Source: Candidatus Aenigmarchaeota archaeon LH_S7
GTDB lineage: Archaea; Aenigmatarchaeota; Aenigmatarchaeia; QMZS01
Assembly: GCA_023659895.1 (NCBI GenBank)
Contig: JAGXOL010000003.1
Location: 1,549 to 65,548, forward strand
Reading direction: 5' to 3'
Length of the DNA stretch: 64,000 bases
Shown here: piece by piece, positions 21,733-33,431 of the stretch
Layout of the letters: every line of letters starts with the position of its first letter
Numbering within the stretch: position 1 is the stretch's first letter
Made by a program: the position numbers and the translations under genes
The notes under the pieces: model-generated
The model's input: only the letters and a program-made list of their open reading frames with translations
Databases searched by the model: none
What the model was told of the DNA's origin: nothing

Positions 21733-21895
21733 GGACCCTGATATATCAGGTACTCAAAGGATTTAATAATCTCAGCTAATCAAACATCTGAAAGCAAATT
21801 CAAAAGTTAGAAGAAATCTCGGTCTAAAAGGAGTTCCAGACAGATCAAGTATTAGTAGGTGGAAAGAAAGATACTCATATCTGCTGACTTTTTAG
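21732..21895 (+). pseudogene. Transposase N-terminal remnant (IS4/IS5-like)
   Basis: Frameshifted TLIYQVLKGFNNLS / QLIKHLKANSKVRRNLGLKGVPDRSSISRWKER; the GL..VPD.S.ISR pattern is typical of IS4/IS5-type transposases. Confidence 0.55.
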
Positions 21896-22046
21896 TGGAG
21901 CAAGAGAGAAAATCTCATATATTTGAATACCTAAGAAATTATAGACTTATAAACTATAAATATATTTAAAGATAATTATGACAGAAAACAAAAGACTAAT
22001 TTATAGGATTATAAAACCTTTATACACTTTAAAAACATTAACTATT

Positions 22047-23639
22047 ATGTTATCTAAATCAAACAAAAGATTAATTTTTGGAATTTTATTTACTATAACA
22101 CTCTGTTTAGGTTACTTAACTGTTGCAAGTTATATGACAAGTCCAGAAGGATTAAATTATCCAAATCCAGGGCACTACCCTGGGCAAATAGGTCCAGGGA
22201 CTTTTAATGCTTCTGGTTACTCAAATCCAAACTGGACTTTCCCAGGGGATTTGAATGTCACAGGAAGTTGTGTTGGTTGTGGTGGAGATGGTGGCAGAGT
22301 GGCTTTATTTAAAGATAATGATGGAGATGGAGTTATTGGTTTTAAATTAACTCAAACTACTGGAGGAGTAGAAGTAGTTTCAATAGAGGATTGTAATGAT
22401 GGTAACAGCAATATTGTTGCTGCTCCTGATGGTACTTGTGATGGAGATGAAGATACTTTTGTAGATTTAGATGCGGGAGGAAATGATTGTGATGACAACG
22501 ATACTACAGTAGGAGCAGCTCTTACTTGCTACTGTGATTTAGATACAGATGGATATTTTTCCTTAGTTTCTACTTCAGTTTGTCAATCTTCTTGTTCTGC
22601 TGCTGGTTGTTCAGTGTCTTCAGGGAATGATTGCAATGATACTGATTCAAATATTATTTCTGCTACTGATGGCACATGCGACGGTGACGGAGATAATTTT
22701 ATAGATGTTACTGCGGGTGGTGCCGATTGCGATGACGAAGATAGCAGTGTTGGGCCTACCCTCACTTGTTATTGTGATTCAGATTCCGATACTTATTATT
22801 CTATAGAAGCTAGCTCTACATGTGCTACCAGTTGTGCTGCCTCTGACTGTCAAACTTCTTCCGGAAACGATTGTGATGACACTACCTCCAATATTACTTT
22901 AGCTTCCGATGGCACCTGTGATGGAGATGATGACGGATTTATAGATTACACTGCTTATGTTGAGCCTTCTGGAGATTGGACAGGATGGGATTTAGATGAT
23001 AATAACTCTGACTCTTCGGCAGGAGATTCTGGAACTATATTATATGTAACCTTAGAGAGGCATCGAGGGTGTTTCTGTCCTCATAATTGTCTTGTGAGTT
23101 GTAATACTAGAGGAGCAATGAATTCTTTTTGTGAAAATTCTAAACCCTCCAAACTTCAATGTAATAATATTCATGCCTTTATTAATCATCATGATTCTGA
23201 CATTATTGATATGCCCACTAATTTTGGATATGTTGATACTCGGCCTATATATTGGTACTATGGTACAGATCTGAAAAAAATGGCTAATGATTGGAGCGAT
23301 ATGTGTAATGGAAGTATTGAAGAATCTGCCCCAAGTAAAATAGAAGGTGAGTATCTTCCCCATCATGTTTGGACAGGTGATACCGGATATTGCGAAGCTG
23401 CTGGTACTGGGTATGAGCAAATTGCTCACAATGTTTGCTATTGGTGGGATGCTGGTACTCCTGAAAAAGAGGGAATAACAGGGTGGACTAGAGGAGGAAC
23501 TTTAGGAAGATATTGGTTACACACACCAGCATCAACAAATAAGGAACACCTATCCTGTTATCGCGATCTTGAGGAATGTCCTCCTGGTAGTGGGGAACCT
23601 TGTCCTTTACCTGGTCTATATTGTGCTTGTAATCCATAA
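22047..23639 (+). CDS. Cys/Asp-rich surface protein with DC[ND]D repeats and a C-terminal lectin/endostatin-like domain
   Basis: Signal/TM, repeated DC[ND]D...DGTCDGD.D.F[IV]D units, C-terminal HVWTG...C..W...LYCAC. Confidence 0.7.
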   Translation: MLSKSNKRLIFGILFTITLCLGYLTVASYMTSPEGLNYPNPGHYPGQIGPGTFNASGYSNPNWTFPGDLNVTGSCVGCGGDGGRVALFKDNDGDGVIGFKLTQTTGGVEVVSIEDCNDGNSNIVAAPDGTCDGDEDTFVDLDAGGNDCDDNDTTVGAALTCYCDLDTDGYFSLVSTSVCQSSCSAAGCSVSSGNDCNDTDSNIISATDGTCDGDGDNFIDVTAGGADCDDEDSSVGPTLTCYCDSDSDTYYSIEASSTCATSCAASDCQTSSGNDCDDTTSNITLASDGTCDGDDDGFIDYTAYVEPSGDWTGWDLDDNNSDSSAGDSGTILYVTLERHRGCFCPHNCLVSCNTRGAMNSFCENSKPSKLQCNNIHAFINHHDSDIIDMPTNFGYVDTRPIYWYYGTDLKKMANDWSDMCNGSIEESAPSKIEGEYLPHHVWTGDTGYCEAAGTGYEQIAHNVCYWWDAGTPEKEGITGWTRGGTLGRYWLHTPASTNKEHLSCYRDLEECPPGSGEPCPLPGLYCACNP

Positions 23640-23882
23640 TAGTAGAGATTATTTATCTTAATGACATTGGAAAACAAAAAGCTGATATCCTTAAATTTAA
23701 TGTGTTGAAATTTGTCCTTGAATTTCTAACGAAGTAAAATAATAATCAGTATGAATAAAAAAATTTAAACCTAATTTTAACAGCAGTAATTTTGATTTTG
23801 GGAGTAATATTAATTCTAAGTGGAGTCTATTTTTATTATTAGACTGAAGTAGGATCTTCAGAAGAATCTGCTGGAGGAAGAT

Positions 23883-23960
23883 AAGCTTGTATTTACAGCA
23901 ATTGTTCATAGAAAAGAAGATATGTATGTTGCTGAATGTCTAGAAGGGGATTGTTAGTCG
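23883..23960 (+). pseudogene. HicB-like antitoxin remnant
   Basis: KLVFTAIVHRKEDMYVAECLE resembles the archaeal HicB N-terminus. Confidence 0.5.
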
Positions 23961-24073
23961 GTATAGAATCTAAAATAATAAGGTGGAAAGGTCTTTTTAG
24001 TGAAGTAATGAAAGAAAATTAAAGGATTTCCGAGAGCTAAATCCCTCATTATTTAATTTCGCACATATTTATT

Positions 24074-24335
24074 ATGGAAGTTGTGAAGGAAGCTGAAAAT
24101 AAATTCCTAAACAGGAAGGAGCTGGTTTTGAAGTTCCCTCACAAAGATGCTCCAACTCCCTCAAAAGAAGAAAGTGATTGAGAAGTATAAGGTAGAGGAA
24201 GGTAATGTGGATATAAGATATATTGCTTCACAAAAGAATATGAATCACTCTTTAGCTAAAGTATTTCTAAAGGAAATAAAAAAGGAAAAAAAGCAATCCG
24301 GAAAGAAGCAGTCTAAAAACGTTAAAAAATCTTAG
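24074..24335 (+). pseudogene. rps24e: 30S ribosomal protein eS24, frameshifted
   Basis: MEVVKEAENKFLNRKELVLKFPHKDAPTPSKEE (stop at 24181) continues in another frame as KKVIEKYKVEEGNVDIRYI. Confidence 0.75.
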
Positions 24336-25715
24336 TTTTTCTTTGTGGAGATCAACTTCAAGATTGTGAGTGAATAAAGGAGTCCAAATAAATGCTATTA
24401 CAAAGAAAATCACTGCAAGCCTTAACTCAAAGTACAAGCTCCAGAAACCTGTTAATAATAGAAGAGAAATAAGAATTGTTCTTAGTATTGGTACAACTGA
24501 AAATTTTTCATTATCATAGAAAAATATTCTTCTAAGGTTTTGAAGTTTTTCTCCACTTTCTTCATCTGTTTCTTCCTCTTTAGGTTCTTCTTCAAAATCT
24601 TCCTCAGGCTCCTCATCCACCACTTCCATTTCTTCCTCCACTTTTTTTCCAGATTTCTTTTTACTTCCTTCCCCTTTTTTCTTACCTGTTTCTTCTAGTT
24701 CCCTTTCATCAATTGGAATAATCTTTATCCTATCTGCTCTTTCAGTTCTGGAGAACTTGATATAACCTAGTCCTGGCTCAGTTAGGTTCTTAATTTTTCT
24801 AGGCTCTAGATTAAACTGTTTTGAGACGAACTTTGCATCCTTGTCAAGATTACACTGAAAACTTAATAAAACACCTGTGTTCGCGAGAACAGTTTCATTA
24901 AAATCACTTGGACGCTGGGAAGCAAGAATAACACCAATGCCATATTTCCTTGATTCCCGTAATAACTTGTCTAAAGGGGAATTCTCATACATCAATCTAT
25001 GAGCCTCGTCAATTATTGTGTACATTCTTATTTTCTTATTTCTTTCCAAAGAATAAATGTAATAGGATAATTTCTTTAGGAAAAATTCCGCGATAGTAGA
25101 TTTTACTTTTTCTGTGGGAAAGTCTTTCAACTCAACCACTGTAGTATCTTTAAACATATCTTTGTATTCAATGTTAGTTCCACCTGAGAATATATCAATG
25201 TCAAACAAGGCTTCTATCCTGCTTGTAAGGGAATTGATAACTGATTTATTTGAGGAATCTTCTTGCCTGTAAATGTTTTTCTCAACATCTTGGAAGGTAG
25301 GGAATTCCTTGTACCTTGCTTTCTTTTTCAAATCAATTCCATATTCCTGATAGCTTTGCCTGATTGCCTGCCTCAAAATTGATTCCTGTATTTCCCCAAG
25401 CTTAAAAATTTTCTTTATGATATCAGCAACTTCATAAATAATGTTTTCTGGCTTTTGATTCTCGTTGAATTCTAGAGGATTAATTGTTTTTTTCCTCAAG
25501 TCAAGAACATTTGTTGCAATATCAGAATATTCATTGTGGAAATCTATAATGAGGGAAGGAACCTTTTTTTGATTAAATTCACCTACAACAGATTTCAAAG
25601 TTTCAGTTTTTCCACTACCAGAAGTTCCCAATACAATCAAATGAGGATTTTTCTCAGCTTCTATGTCCCAATGAATGGGCTTGTCAATAACATTTTTTCC
25701 TAATAAAACTTTCAT
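24267..25715 (-). CDS. HerA/FtsK-like ATPase (DUF87-type) with C-terminal TM helices
   Basis: NPHLIVLGTSGSGKT, IIDFHNEY, IIDEAHRL, RESRKYGIGVILASQRPSD; acidic linker and hydrophobic C-terminus. Confidence 0.85.
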   Translation of the reverse strand: MKVLLGKNVIDKPIHWDIEAEKNPHLIVLGTSGSGKTETLKSVVGEFNQKKVPSLIIDFHNEYSDIATNVLDLRKKTINPLEFNENQKPENIIYEVADIIKKIFKLGEIQESILRQAIRQSYQEYGIDLKKKARYKEFPTFQDVEKNIYRQEDSSNKSVINSLTSRIEALFDIDIFSGGTNIEYKDMFKDTTVVELKDFPTEKVKSTIAEFFLKKLSYYIYSLERNKKIRMYTIIDEAHRLMYENSPLDKLLRESRKYGIGVILASQRPSDFNETVLANTGVLLSFQCNLDKDAKFVSKQFNLEPRKIKNLTEPGLGYIKFSRTERADRIKIIPIDERELEETGKKKGEGSKKKSGKKVEEEMEVVDEEPEEDFEEEPKEEETDEESGEKLQNLRRIFFYDNEKFSVVPILRTILISLLLLTGFWSLYFELRLAVIFFVIAFIWTPLFTHNLEVDLHKEKLRFFNVFRLLLSGLLFFLFYFL

Positions 25716-25738
25716 AATGTTTATTATAATAAAGAATT

Positions 25739-26290
25739 ATGAATAAGGAAGAAGCTCTTGAACTTGTCAGGGAAAAAATAAGTGATGAGAAAATACAGAA
25801 CCATTGTTTAGCAGTTGGTGCAATAATGAAGAAATTAGCTGAGAAGTTAGGAGAGGACAAGGAAAAATGGAAAATTATTGGATTGCTTCATGATTTGGAT
25901 TATGACCAAACCGCAGAAACCCCAGAAAAACACACTTTAGTTACGGAGGAAATTTTGAAAGGGAAGGTTGATTCTGATATCATAAGAATTATAAAGTCCC
26001 ATAACTATCAAAACCTAGGACTAACTCCGGAAAAGAAGGAGGAATATGCAGTAATCGCTTCTGATGCTTTGTCAGGATTAATTGTGACTACAACTCTTGT
26101 AATTCCATCAAAGAAACTGGAAGATTTGAAAGTTAAAAGCGTTAAGAAGAAATTCAAGCAAAATGATTTTGCAAAGAATGTAAGCCGCGAAGATATCATG
26201 TTCTGCGAGAAACTTGGACTAGATTTGAGCGATTTTATAGAGATTGGAATTGAAGGAATGAAAGAAATTTCTGATGAATTGGGTCTTTAA
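25739..26290 (+). CDS. HD/HDIG-domain metal-dependent hydrolase
   Basis: NHCLAV, GLLHDLDY, KSHN, ASDALSGLI. Confidence 0.88.
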   Translation: MNKEEALELVREKISDEKIQNHCLAVGAIMKKLAEKLGEDKEKWKIIGLLHDLDYDQTAETPEKHTLVTEEILKGKVDSDIIRIIKSHNYQNLGLTPEKKEEYAVIASDALSGLIVTTTLVIPSKKLEDLKVKSVKKKFKQNDFAKNVSREDIMFCEKLGLDLSDFIEIGIEGMKEISDELGL

Positions 26291-26307
26291 AAAAATATAA
26301 AAATAAA

Positions 26308-27615
26308 TTATTTCACACTCAAAGAATTGGAAAAAACAAGCTTTGATATACTCTCTCTTTTATACTTAATCCTTGCAAGTGGGAATGAATATTTTCCACT
26401 CACACCAATTCTTGGAGTAACTTTGTAAGTGAACACACGAGTTTCCTTTGGTTCAATTCTTGAGATTTCCCAAACCAATTTTCTATCCTGTTTGTCTTTA
26501 ACAATTTTCTTTGGTTTGATTACTGAGAATTCCTTTTTCAAGTCAAAGATTGGTGGAACAAACTCCTCTAAGGTAATATCTGTTATCTCATGATTGGTTT
26601 TGTTTAAAACTTCCAAACAGATTTTTATCTCATGCCTTTCTTTAATTTCTTTAACCTTTGTTATAGCAGTTTTATTCAATTTCAAATCTTTTTTTGTCAC
26701 CCAATACAACATGAAACCAAGGAAACCTATTGCTATCAGAAGAACTGCTATGATTGAATAATTGTGGGAGTAAGTAATTGTATATGTTTGTTTAGGTCCT
26801 ATCTCAAATTCCCAAACATATTTATACCTTTCTCCCATATCAATCTTCTTGTCATAACCTGAAGCAGAGAAGAAAGGATCTTGTGATTTATCTACATAAA
26901 GAGTATATTGTTTTTCCTCAGAGATATCCCCTTCATTGTAATAATTTATCCTTTTTCCATAAGTTATAAAATAATCCCATTTCTTTTCCTCCTTAATTAT
27001 TTTTGAAGTTTTTTGATAGCTCTTTTCCTCACTAAATACAACTTCATGATCCTTAAACAATTTAAGTTCCATTTTGTAATTTCCAAGTCCTAAATCCAAA
27101 GTTTCTTCAAGCTTATTATCTGAAGGAGAAATTCTTTTATTGAATTTTTGAACCATTTTACCATCTTTGTAAATTTCCAATACCATGTCATAATAATTCC
27201 ATACCTCAAAATTCACTTTCAAGTCCCTCTCATTAAATGAGAACTCTTGTAGTTCAACCTCCTTTTGTTTTTCCAAAACCCTCACATCTAAATTTTTTGT
27301 GATTCTGTCTTTATTGGATTCCGCAACTAAAGTAACATCATAGGTTTTTGCTTCCACTTGTTTACCAGGGAAAATTATAACTTTAATGTATTTTTGTTCA
27401 TAAGGTTGCAAGAGAATTTGAGAGTAATAGAAAATTATGGAGTGGAGACCATCTGTTGAATAAATAGTGTAGTACAGACTTTGATTGTTGTTGTTTTCTA
27501 TTTGGAAATAGACTTCCTTTGAAGAACCCTTTTCAATCTCTATAGGATCCGCGAGAGAAATAGAAGAGATTAAGCAAAATGTGAGGAGAAAAACTATAAT
27601 AATCTCTTTTCCCAT
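26308..27615 (-). CDS. Membrane-anchored Ig-like domain protein
   Basis: Signal peptide from ATG 27615, central TM helix, C-terminal beta-sandwich-like domain. Confidence 0.65.
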   Translation of the reverse strand: MGKEIIIVFLLTFCLISSISLADPIEIEKGSSKEVYFQIENNNNQSLYYTIYSTDGLHSIIFYYSQILLQPYEQKYIKVIIFPGKQVEAKTYDVTLVAESNKDRITKNLDVRVLEKQKEVELQEFSFNERDLKVNFEVWNYYDMVLEIYKDGKMVQKFNKRISPSDNKLEETLDLGLGNYKMELKLFKDHEVVFSEEKSYQKTSKIIKEEKKWDYFITYGKRINYYNEGDISEEKQYTLYVDKSQDPFFSASGYDKKIDMGERYKYVWEFEIGPKQTYTITYSHNYSIIAVLLIAIGFLGFMLYWVTKKDLKLNKTAITKVKEIKERHEIKICLEVLNKTNHEITDITLEEFVPPIFDLKKEFSVIKPKKIVKDKQDRKLVWEISRIEPKETRVFTYKVTPRIGVSGKYSFPLARIKYKRESISKLVFSNSLSVK

Positions 27616-27654
27616 AAATAATGTAGATATTATATATATTATTTTAATACTTAA

Positions 27655-27670
27655 ATAAATTTTTTTAAAT
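27655..27670 (+). promoter_or_regulatory. Putative 16S rRNA promoter (TATA region)
   Basis: ataaatttttttaaat, identical to 30783-30798 upstream of 23S. Confidence 0.55.
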
Positions 27671-27735
27671 ATGATTATATTATAATCTAGGATTTTCGAG
27701 CCTTTTGGCAATGAAGTAGTCTAATGAAATAGGCT

Positions 27736-29285
<1,550 letters not shown>

Positions 29286-29327
29286 GCGCCAAAATAATTT
29301 AGAAAATTGCTATAAAATACCTTTATA

Positions 29328-30772
29328 AAAGTTTTACACTTTTAGTATAAACCTTCCATAGCGGTTTTAACCACTTTTCTAGTACTCCCAATCTTTTCAT
29401 ACAATTCAATACTCCACTCAACAAACTTTCCAACAATTTGAATTTAAATTTCAGTGGACACTGCTCAAAACAGGAGAGCCTTGAATGTGAGTAAATTATA
29501 ATTAATACTAAAAATTTCTATTGGAGAACGAAGTGTAATTGATATTGCCATGATTGTTAGTACTTCCTTCATTTTTAACCTCCTAACTTAATCCTATCCT
29601 TATTATAGAGACCATGGTTCTCAATTCTGATATTACATGTTACTTTATCCCCTCGCCACTCCTCTTTAAATTTTCCAATATAATATTCCTTAGGTTTAAG
29701 AGTAATATCCGTGTTAGCATAACTCAAGTAAACCGTTCCATCTGGTTCTATATTTGTAATTTTCATAAGAAATGGAAGATTTCGTGCATTTGGTAAGGTG
29801 TATATTGGAATTAAGCCCCCTCCACCGCCGCCACCTGGTTCTCCGAGTTCTATTATATTAAGGATTACCATTGATAATTCATTGTTTATTTCAAAATTAC
29901 AGGTTTCACATTCTAAAATTCCGGAATCGTTGTCGAAATGAAGTAGGGGCGGGAAATCTATCATTAATCGACTCCCTGAAATTTCTTGATGGAGACTGAG
30001 AAGGATATAGTCGTCTTGAGGTATTGATCTAGGAAAAACTGCATTTGTGCCATCCCATTCTACAACAACATTAACTTTATCTATATCCTGAATCTCCTCC
30101 AACATCTCACTTCCTGCCTTCATCCCCCACTCATCGCTTCCTTCCACCAACAATATCGCTTTCTCCTCATTCCAGGGATTACTCAAAATCTCCAAAATTC
30201 CTTTATTCTCTCCTGGATATTCCTCAGTTACCCTTGTCGCATCTGTCATATTATATACCTCCTCCAATATCACATTCGATTTTGACGTGCCAACTACAAT
30301 TAAATTATAAGAAGATTTAAAACTTTCAATTTTTTCCGATGATATAACTTCTGGCTTATTACCTATCAGATTTTCCAAATTAGTTGCTATCTCTTCTGCA
30401 CTCTCTTTCTCTATTTGAGAGGCGTTTTCACCAATTACGATTACCGTATTTTCCTTAAAAATCTCAGGAAAATCAGATAGCTTCAGCTCTTCTGCTGGTT
30501 GCGTTGGAGCTTGATGTTCTAAAAGAAAGTAACCAGCGATAATGCAAACCACAATTACTATTCCCAGTATTAAGATTTTCTTCTTCATAATTTATTACCT
30601 CCTCTTTAATTTAAAGTTTTTCGGCCTTTTTAATTTCCAACAATTCTTCCTTTTACTGCTCTGATAAAATGATTAAAACAGGGTTTGTTAAAGAGAGTTT
30701 TGAATTTTGACAAAGAATGAATTATTGATATATTTGCTAAATATCCTTAAAAACTAAAAAGTGCAAAAGTTA
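29328..30772. mobile_element. MITE-like element copy 2, interrupted by a 1.2-kb insert
   Basis: 29328-29438 and 30634-30772 match the two halves of 16300-16536; the 12-mer tttccaacaatt is present on both sides of the insert. Confidence 0.8.
29575..30588 (-). CDS. Secreted/S-layer-like protein, apparently foreign
   Basis: Signal anchor; IVIGENAS, NLIVVGT, ILSNPWNEEKAILLVEGSDEWG resemble S-layer C-terminal domains; strong SD gaggaggt upstream. Confidence 0.7.
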   Translation of the reverse strand: MKKKILILGIVIVVCIIAGYFLLEHQAPTQPAEELKLSDFPEIFKENTVIVIGENASQIEKESAEEIATNLENLIGNKPEVISSEKIESFKSSYNLIVVGTSKSNVILEEVYNMTDATRVTEEYPGENKGILEILSNPWNEEKAILLVEGSDEWGMKAGSEMLEEIQDIDKVNVVVEWDGTNAVFPRSIPQDDYILLSLHQEISGSRLMIDFPPLLHFDNDSGILECETCNFEINNELSMVILNIIELGEPGGGGGGGLIPIYTLPNARNLPFLMKITNIEPDGTVYLSYANTDITLKPKEYYIGKFKEEWRGDKVTCNIRIENHGLYNKDRIKLGG

Positions 30773-30782
30773 TAACCTTTAT

Positions 30783-30798
30783 ATAAATTTTTTTAAAT
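30783..30798 (+). promoter_or_regulatory. Putative independent 23S rRNA promoter
   Basis: 16-bp identity to the motif upstream of 16S; lies just before the processing stem. Confidence 0.55.
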
Positions 30799-31359
30799 GA
30801 GATATAGTTATAGATAAAGGGGGTTCCTATTTCCTAAGGAATATGAATCTGTGGAGAGTGTTTATTGCTCAATGAAAGAGTAGGTGTAAGGAATAGAAAC
30901 ATCTATTTGCTGTTAAGCTATCTAGTGGATGGCTCGGCTTGATATCTGATGAAGGACGTGGCAAGCTGCGATAAGCCCTGGCGAGGTGCATGCTGCCTAA
31001 GAACCAGGGATTTCTTAATTGTTCCTTTTTAGGAACAGGAACGCGGAGAATTGAAACATCTTAGTACCCGCAGGAAAAGAAACCAATTGGAATTCCCTTA
31101 TTAGGGGCGACCGAAAAGGGATGAGAGCAAACCGAACACTTCCTCGTAAGAGAAAGTGAATGTGGTTTTAGGGTGTTCATACTTCCTTTAGAAATTGATT
31201 GAAATTCTCTGGAAAGAGATACCAAAGAGGGTGATAGTCCCGTAAATTGATTTTGAGAGGGAGATTTGAATTGACCCAGAGTATTATCGGTTAGGTTTCC
31301 GGTGAGAACTTGGGAGTCATTAACTTCTAACTCTAAATATAATTCAAGACCGATAGCGA

Positions 31360-31392
<33 letters not shown>

Positions 31393-31961
31393 GTAAAAGG
31401 GAGTAAAAAGAACTTAAAACTAGGTAGTATAGTATCCGTTTCGAATAACGGGGTAAGGAGTATAGGTCTAGGGCTAGACTAATCTTTTGAAGAGAGAAGT
31501 CGTAGCGAAAGCGAGTGCGAAAGTGCGTTAGTCATAGGCCTATTACCCGAAGCCGGACGATCTATTCTCGGACAGGGTGAAGTGTCTCGAAAGAGACATG
31601 GAGGCCCGCACCGTTGCTAGCGTGCTTTCTGCTCGGATGATCTGGGAATAGGGGTGAAAAGCCAATCGAGTTCGGTAATAGCTGGTTCCCTCCAAAATGA
31701 GCCGTAGCTCAGCTTGCCTTTTATAGGTTTATGTGTAAAGTTACTGATTGGGTAGTAGGGGATGAAAGTCTTCGCTACTCAGTCAAACTCTAAAGCGTAA
31801 ACCATTACTGAGGTAGAGTGGGGTTTGCCGGGGAAAGCTCGGTGACCAAAAGGGGAACAACCCTAACCAGCATTAAGGTCCTTAAATAGTGGCTAAGTAC
31901 ACTGAAGGTGTTCTTTCTCTAAAACAATAGGGAAGTAGGCTTAGAAGCAGCCATCCTTTAA

Positions 31962-32003
31962 CCCTTTCCGCTTCGCGCAAAGCGTTAACGGAAAAGGAAA
32001 GAG
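31962..32003 (+). other. 23S rRNA intron 1 (42 nt, about E. coli 1085/1086)
   Basis: Removal restores gcagccatcctttaa|agaaagcgtaatagctcac; BHB with cttt/aaag helix and bulges aac, aga. Confidence 0.9.
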
Positions 32004-32505
32004 AGAAAGCGTAATAGCTCACCTACCTAGAGGAAGTGCGCCGAAGATGGACGGGGTTAAGTCACTTACCGATATGTTGGTTGCCTTTTGGCAATGTAGG
32101 AGGGTGTCTTGGCAGGGCAGAAGTTTCTCTTTAAGGAGAAGTGGACCTGTTAAGAATGAGAATCTTACTGATAGTAACAGCAAAGTGGTGTGAGAATCAC
32201 CATCGCTAGAAGTGGGCAAGGGTTCCCTACCAATTACGATGAGGTAGGGATTAGTCCGTTCCCTAAGAGGATCCCTAACAGAAGTTTTCAAAGGGAAACA
32301 GGTTAACATTCCTGTACCACTAAGTTCTAATCTAACTGGTTAGTTCGGGATAACTTAACGCAAGCTAAGCATTGAAGTCCTTGGAGTCTCGTAATGAGGA
32401 GAAGAGGATGAAGGTGTGTGGCCTTCCTAGAGAAGGTTTAGGTGACTCCTGGATACATTGTAAGCCAGTTAGTAATATTGTTTAGTGACGGTACCCAGAA
32501 CTGAC

Positions 32506-32551
32506 AAGCTATTTCGCACTATGAAGTAAATTAATGCAAAATGCTCAGGAA
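32506..32551 (+). other. 23S rRNA intron 2 (46 nt, about E. coli 1615/1616)
   Basis: Removal restores gaactgac|acaggtgccc; relaxed BHB actg/cagg with bulges aca, aaa; internal hairpin. Confidence 0.82.
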
Positions 32552-33342
32552 ACAGGTGCCCACGTTGAGTAGGCGAAGGTGTGATAGGATAATCCTGTCT
32601 AGGGAATTCGGCAAATTAGTGGTGTATCTTTGGTAGGAACCATGCCTGTTCTCCTTCGGGAAGGACAGGTCGCAGTTACAAGGAGGGCCCGACTGTTTAA
32701 TTAAAACTTAGCTGACTGCTAGTCCGTAAGGATGTGTATAGTCGGTGAAGCCTGCCCAGTGCGGGTGTGTTAAACCCTTTTTCAAGAGGGTCAAGCCCCC
32801 GTAAACGGCGGCGGTAACCCTGACCGTCTTAAGGTAGCGTAATCCCTTGCCGATTAAACGTCGGCCTGCATGAAGGTCCAACGAGGCCCTCACTGTCCCA
32901 GACAGGAACCTAGTGAACTTTCCTTCTGGTGAAGAGGCCAGAGACTTCCAGTGGGAAGAATAGTCCCTGTGGAGCTTTACTGCAGCCTGCTGTTGTGGTA
33001 ATTTTTGGGGTGTAAAGAGTAGGTAGGAGCTTCGGCGAAAGTGTGACACTACCCTCCCTAAAAATTACTGCTTACTTTTTCGGAAGGACAGCAGTTGGTA
33101 GGCAGTTTGGGTGGGGCGCCACACCCCTAATAAGGTATCAGGGGTGCCCAAAGGTTAGCTCACCGGGGTCAGAAATCCCGGGAAGAGTGTAAACGCAAAA
33201 GCTAGCCTGATTGGATTCCTCCAAGTGCAGAATCCAAGTGCGAAAGCGTGGGTTAACGAAACGCGACCTCGCTTTAATGGCGGCTCGTAACTACAGAAAA
33301 GCTACCCCAGGGGTAATGGAGCTGTGGCCCCCGAGAGTACAT

Positions 33343-33431
33343 AGAAGCCTTTTAAAAAAAAAGGCTTCAGCCAAAAAATTAAATCGCCTTCTTTTAAAGG
33401 CTTTTATAATTAATTGTTTTGGTGAGTGCAA
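33343..33431 (+). other. 23S rRNA intron 3 (89 nt, H89 loop, about E. coli 2477/2478)
   Basis: Removal restores gagagtacat|atcgacgg; gtac/gtgc helix with bulges ata, aaa and outer ga/tc pairing. Confidence 0.88.

Noticed and set aside
23052..23639. DGR target (lectin-like C-terminus)
   Set aside because: No template repeat with adenine-specific differences and no reverse transcriptase seen in the window
29445..29470. Possible IS end (tttcagtggacactgct) at the insert border
   Set aside because: No matching inverted partner found at the other end of the insert
31962..33431. Homing endonuclease or group I/II introns
   Set aside because: Inserts are under 90 nt, lack ORFs and ribozyme cores, and fit BHB geometry
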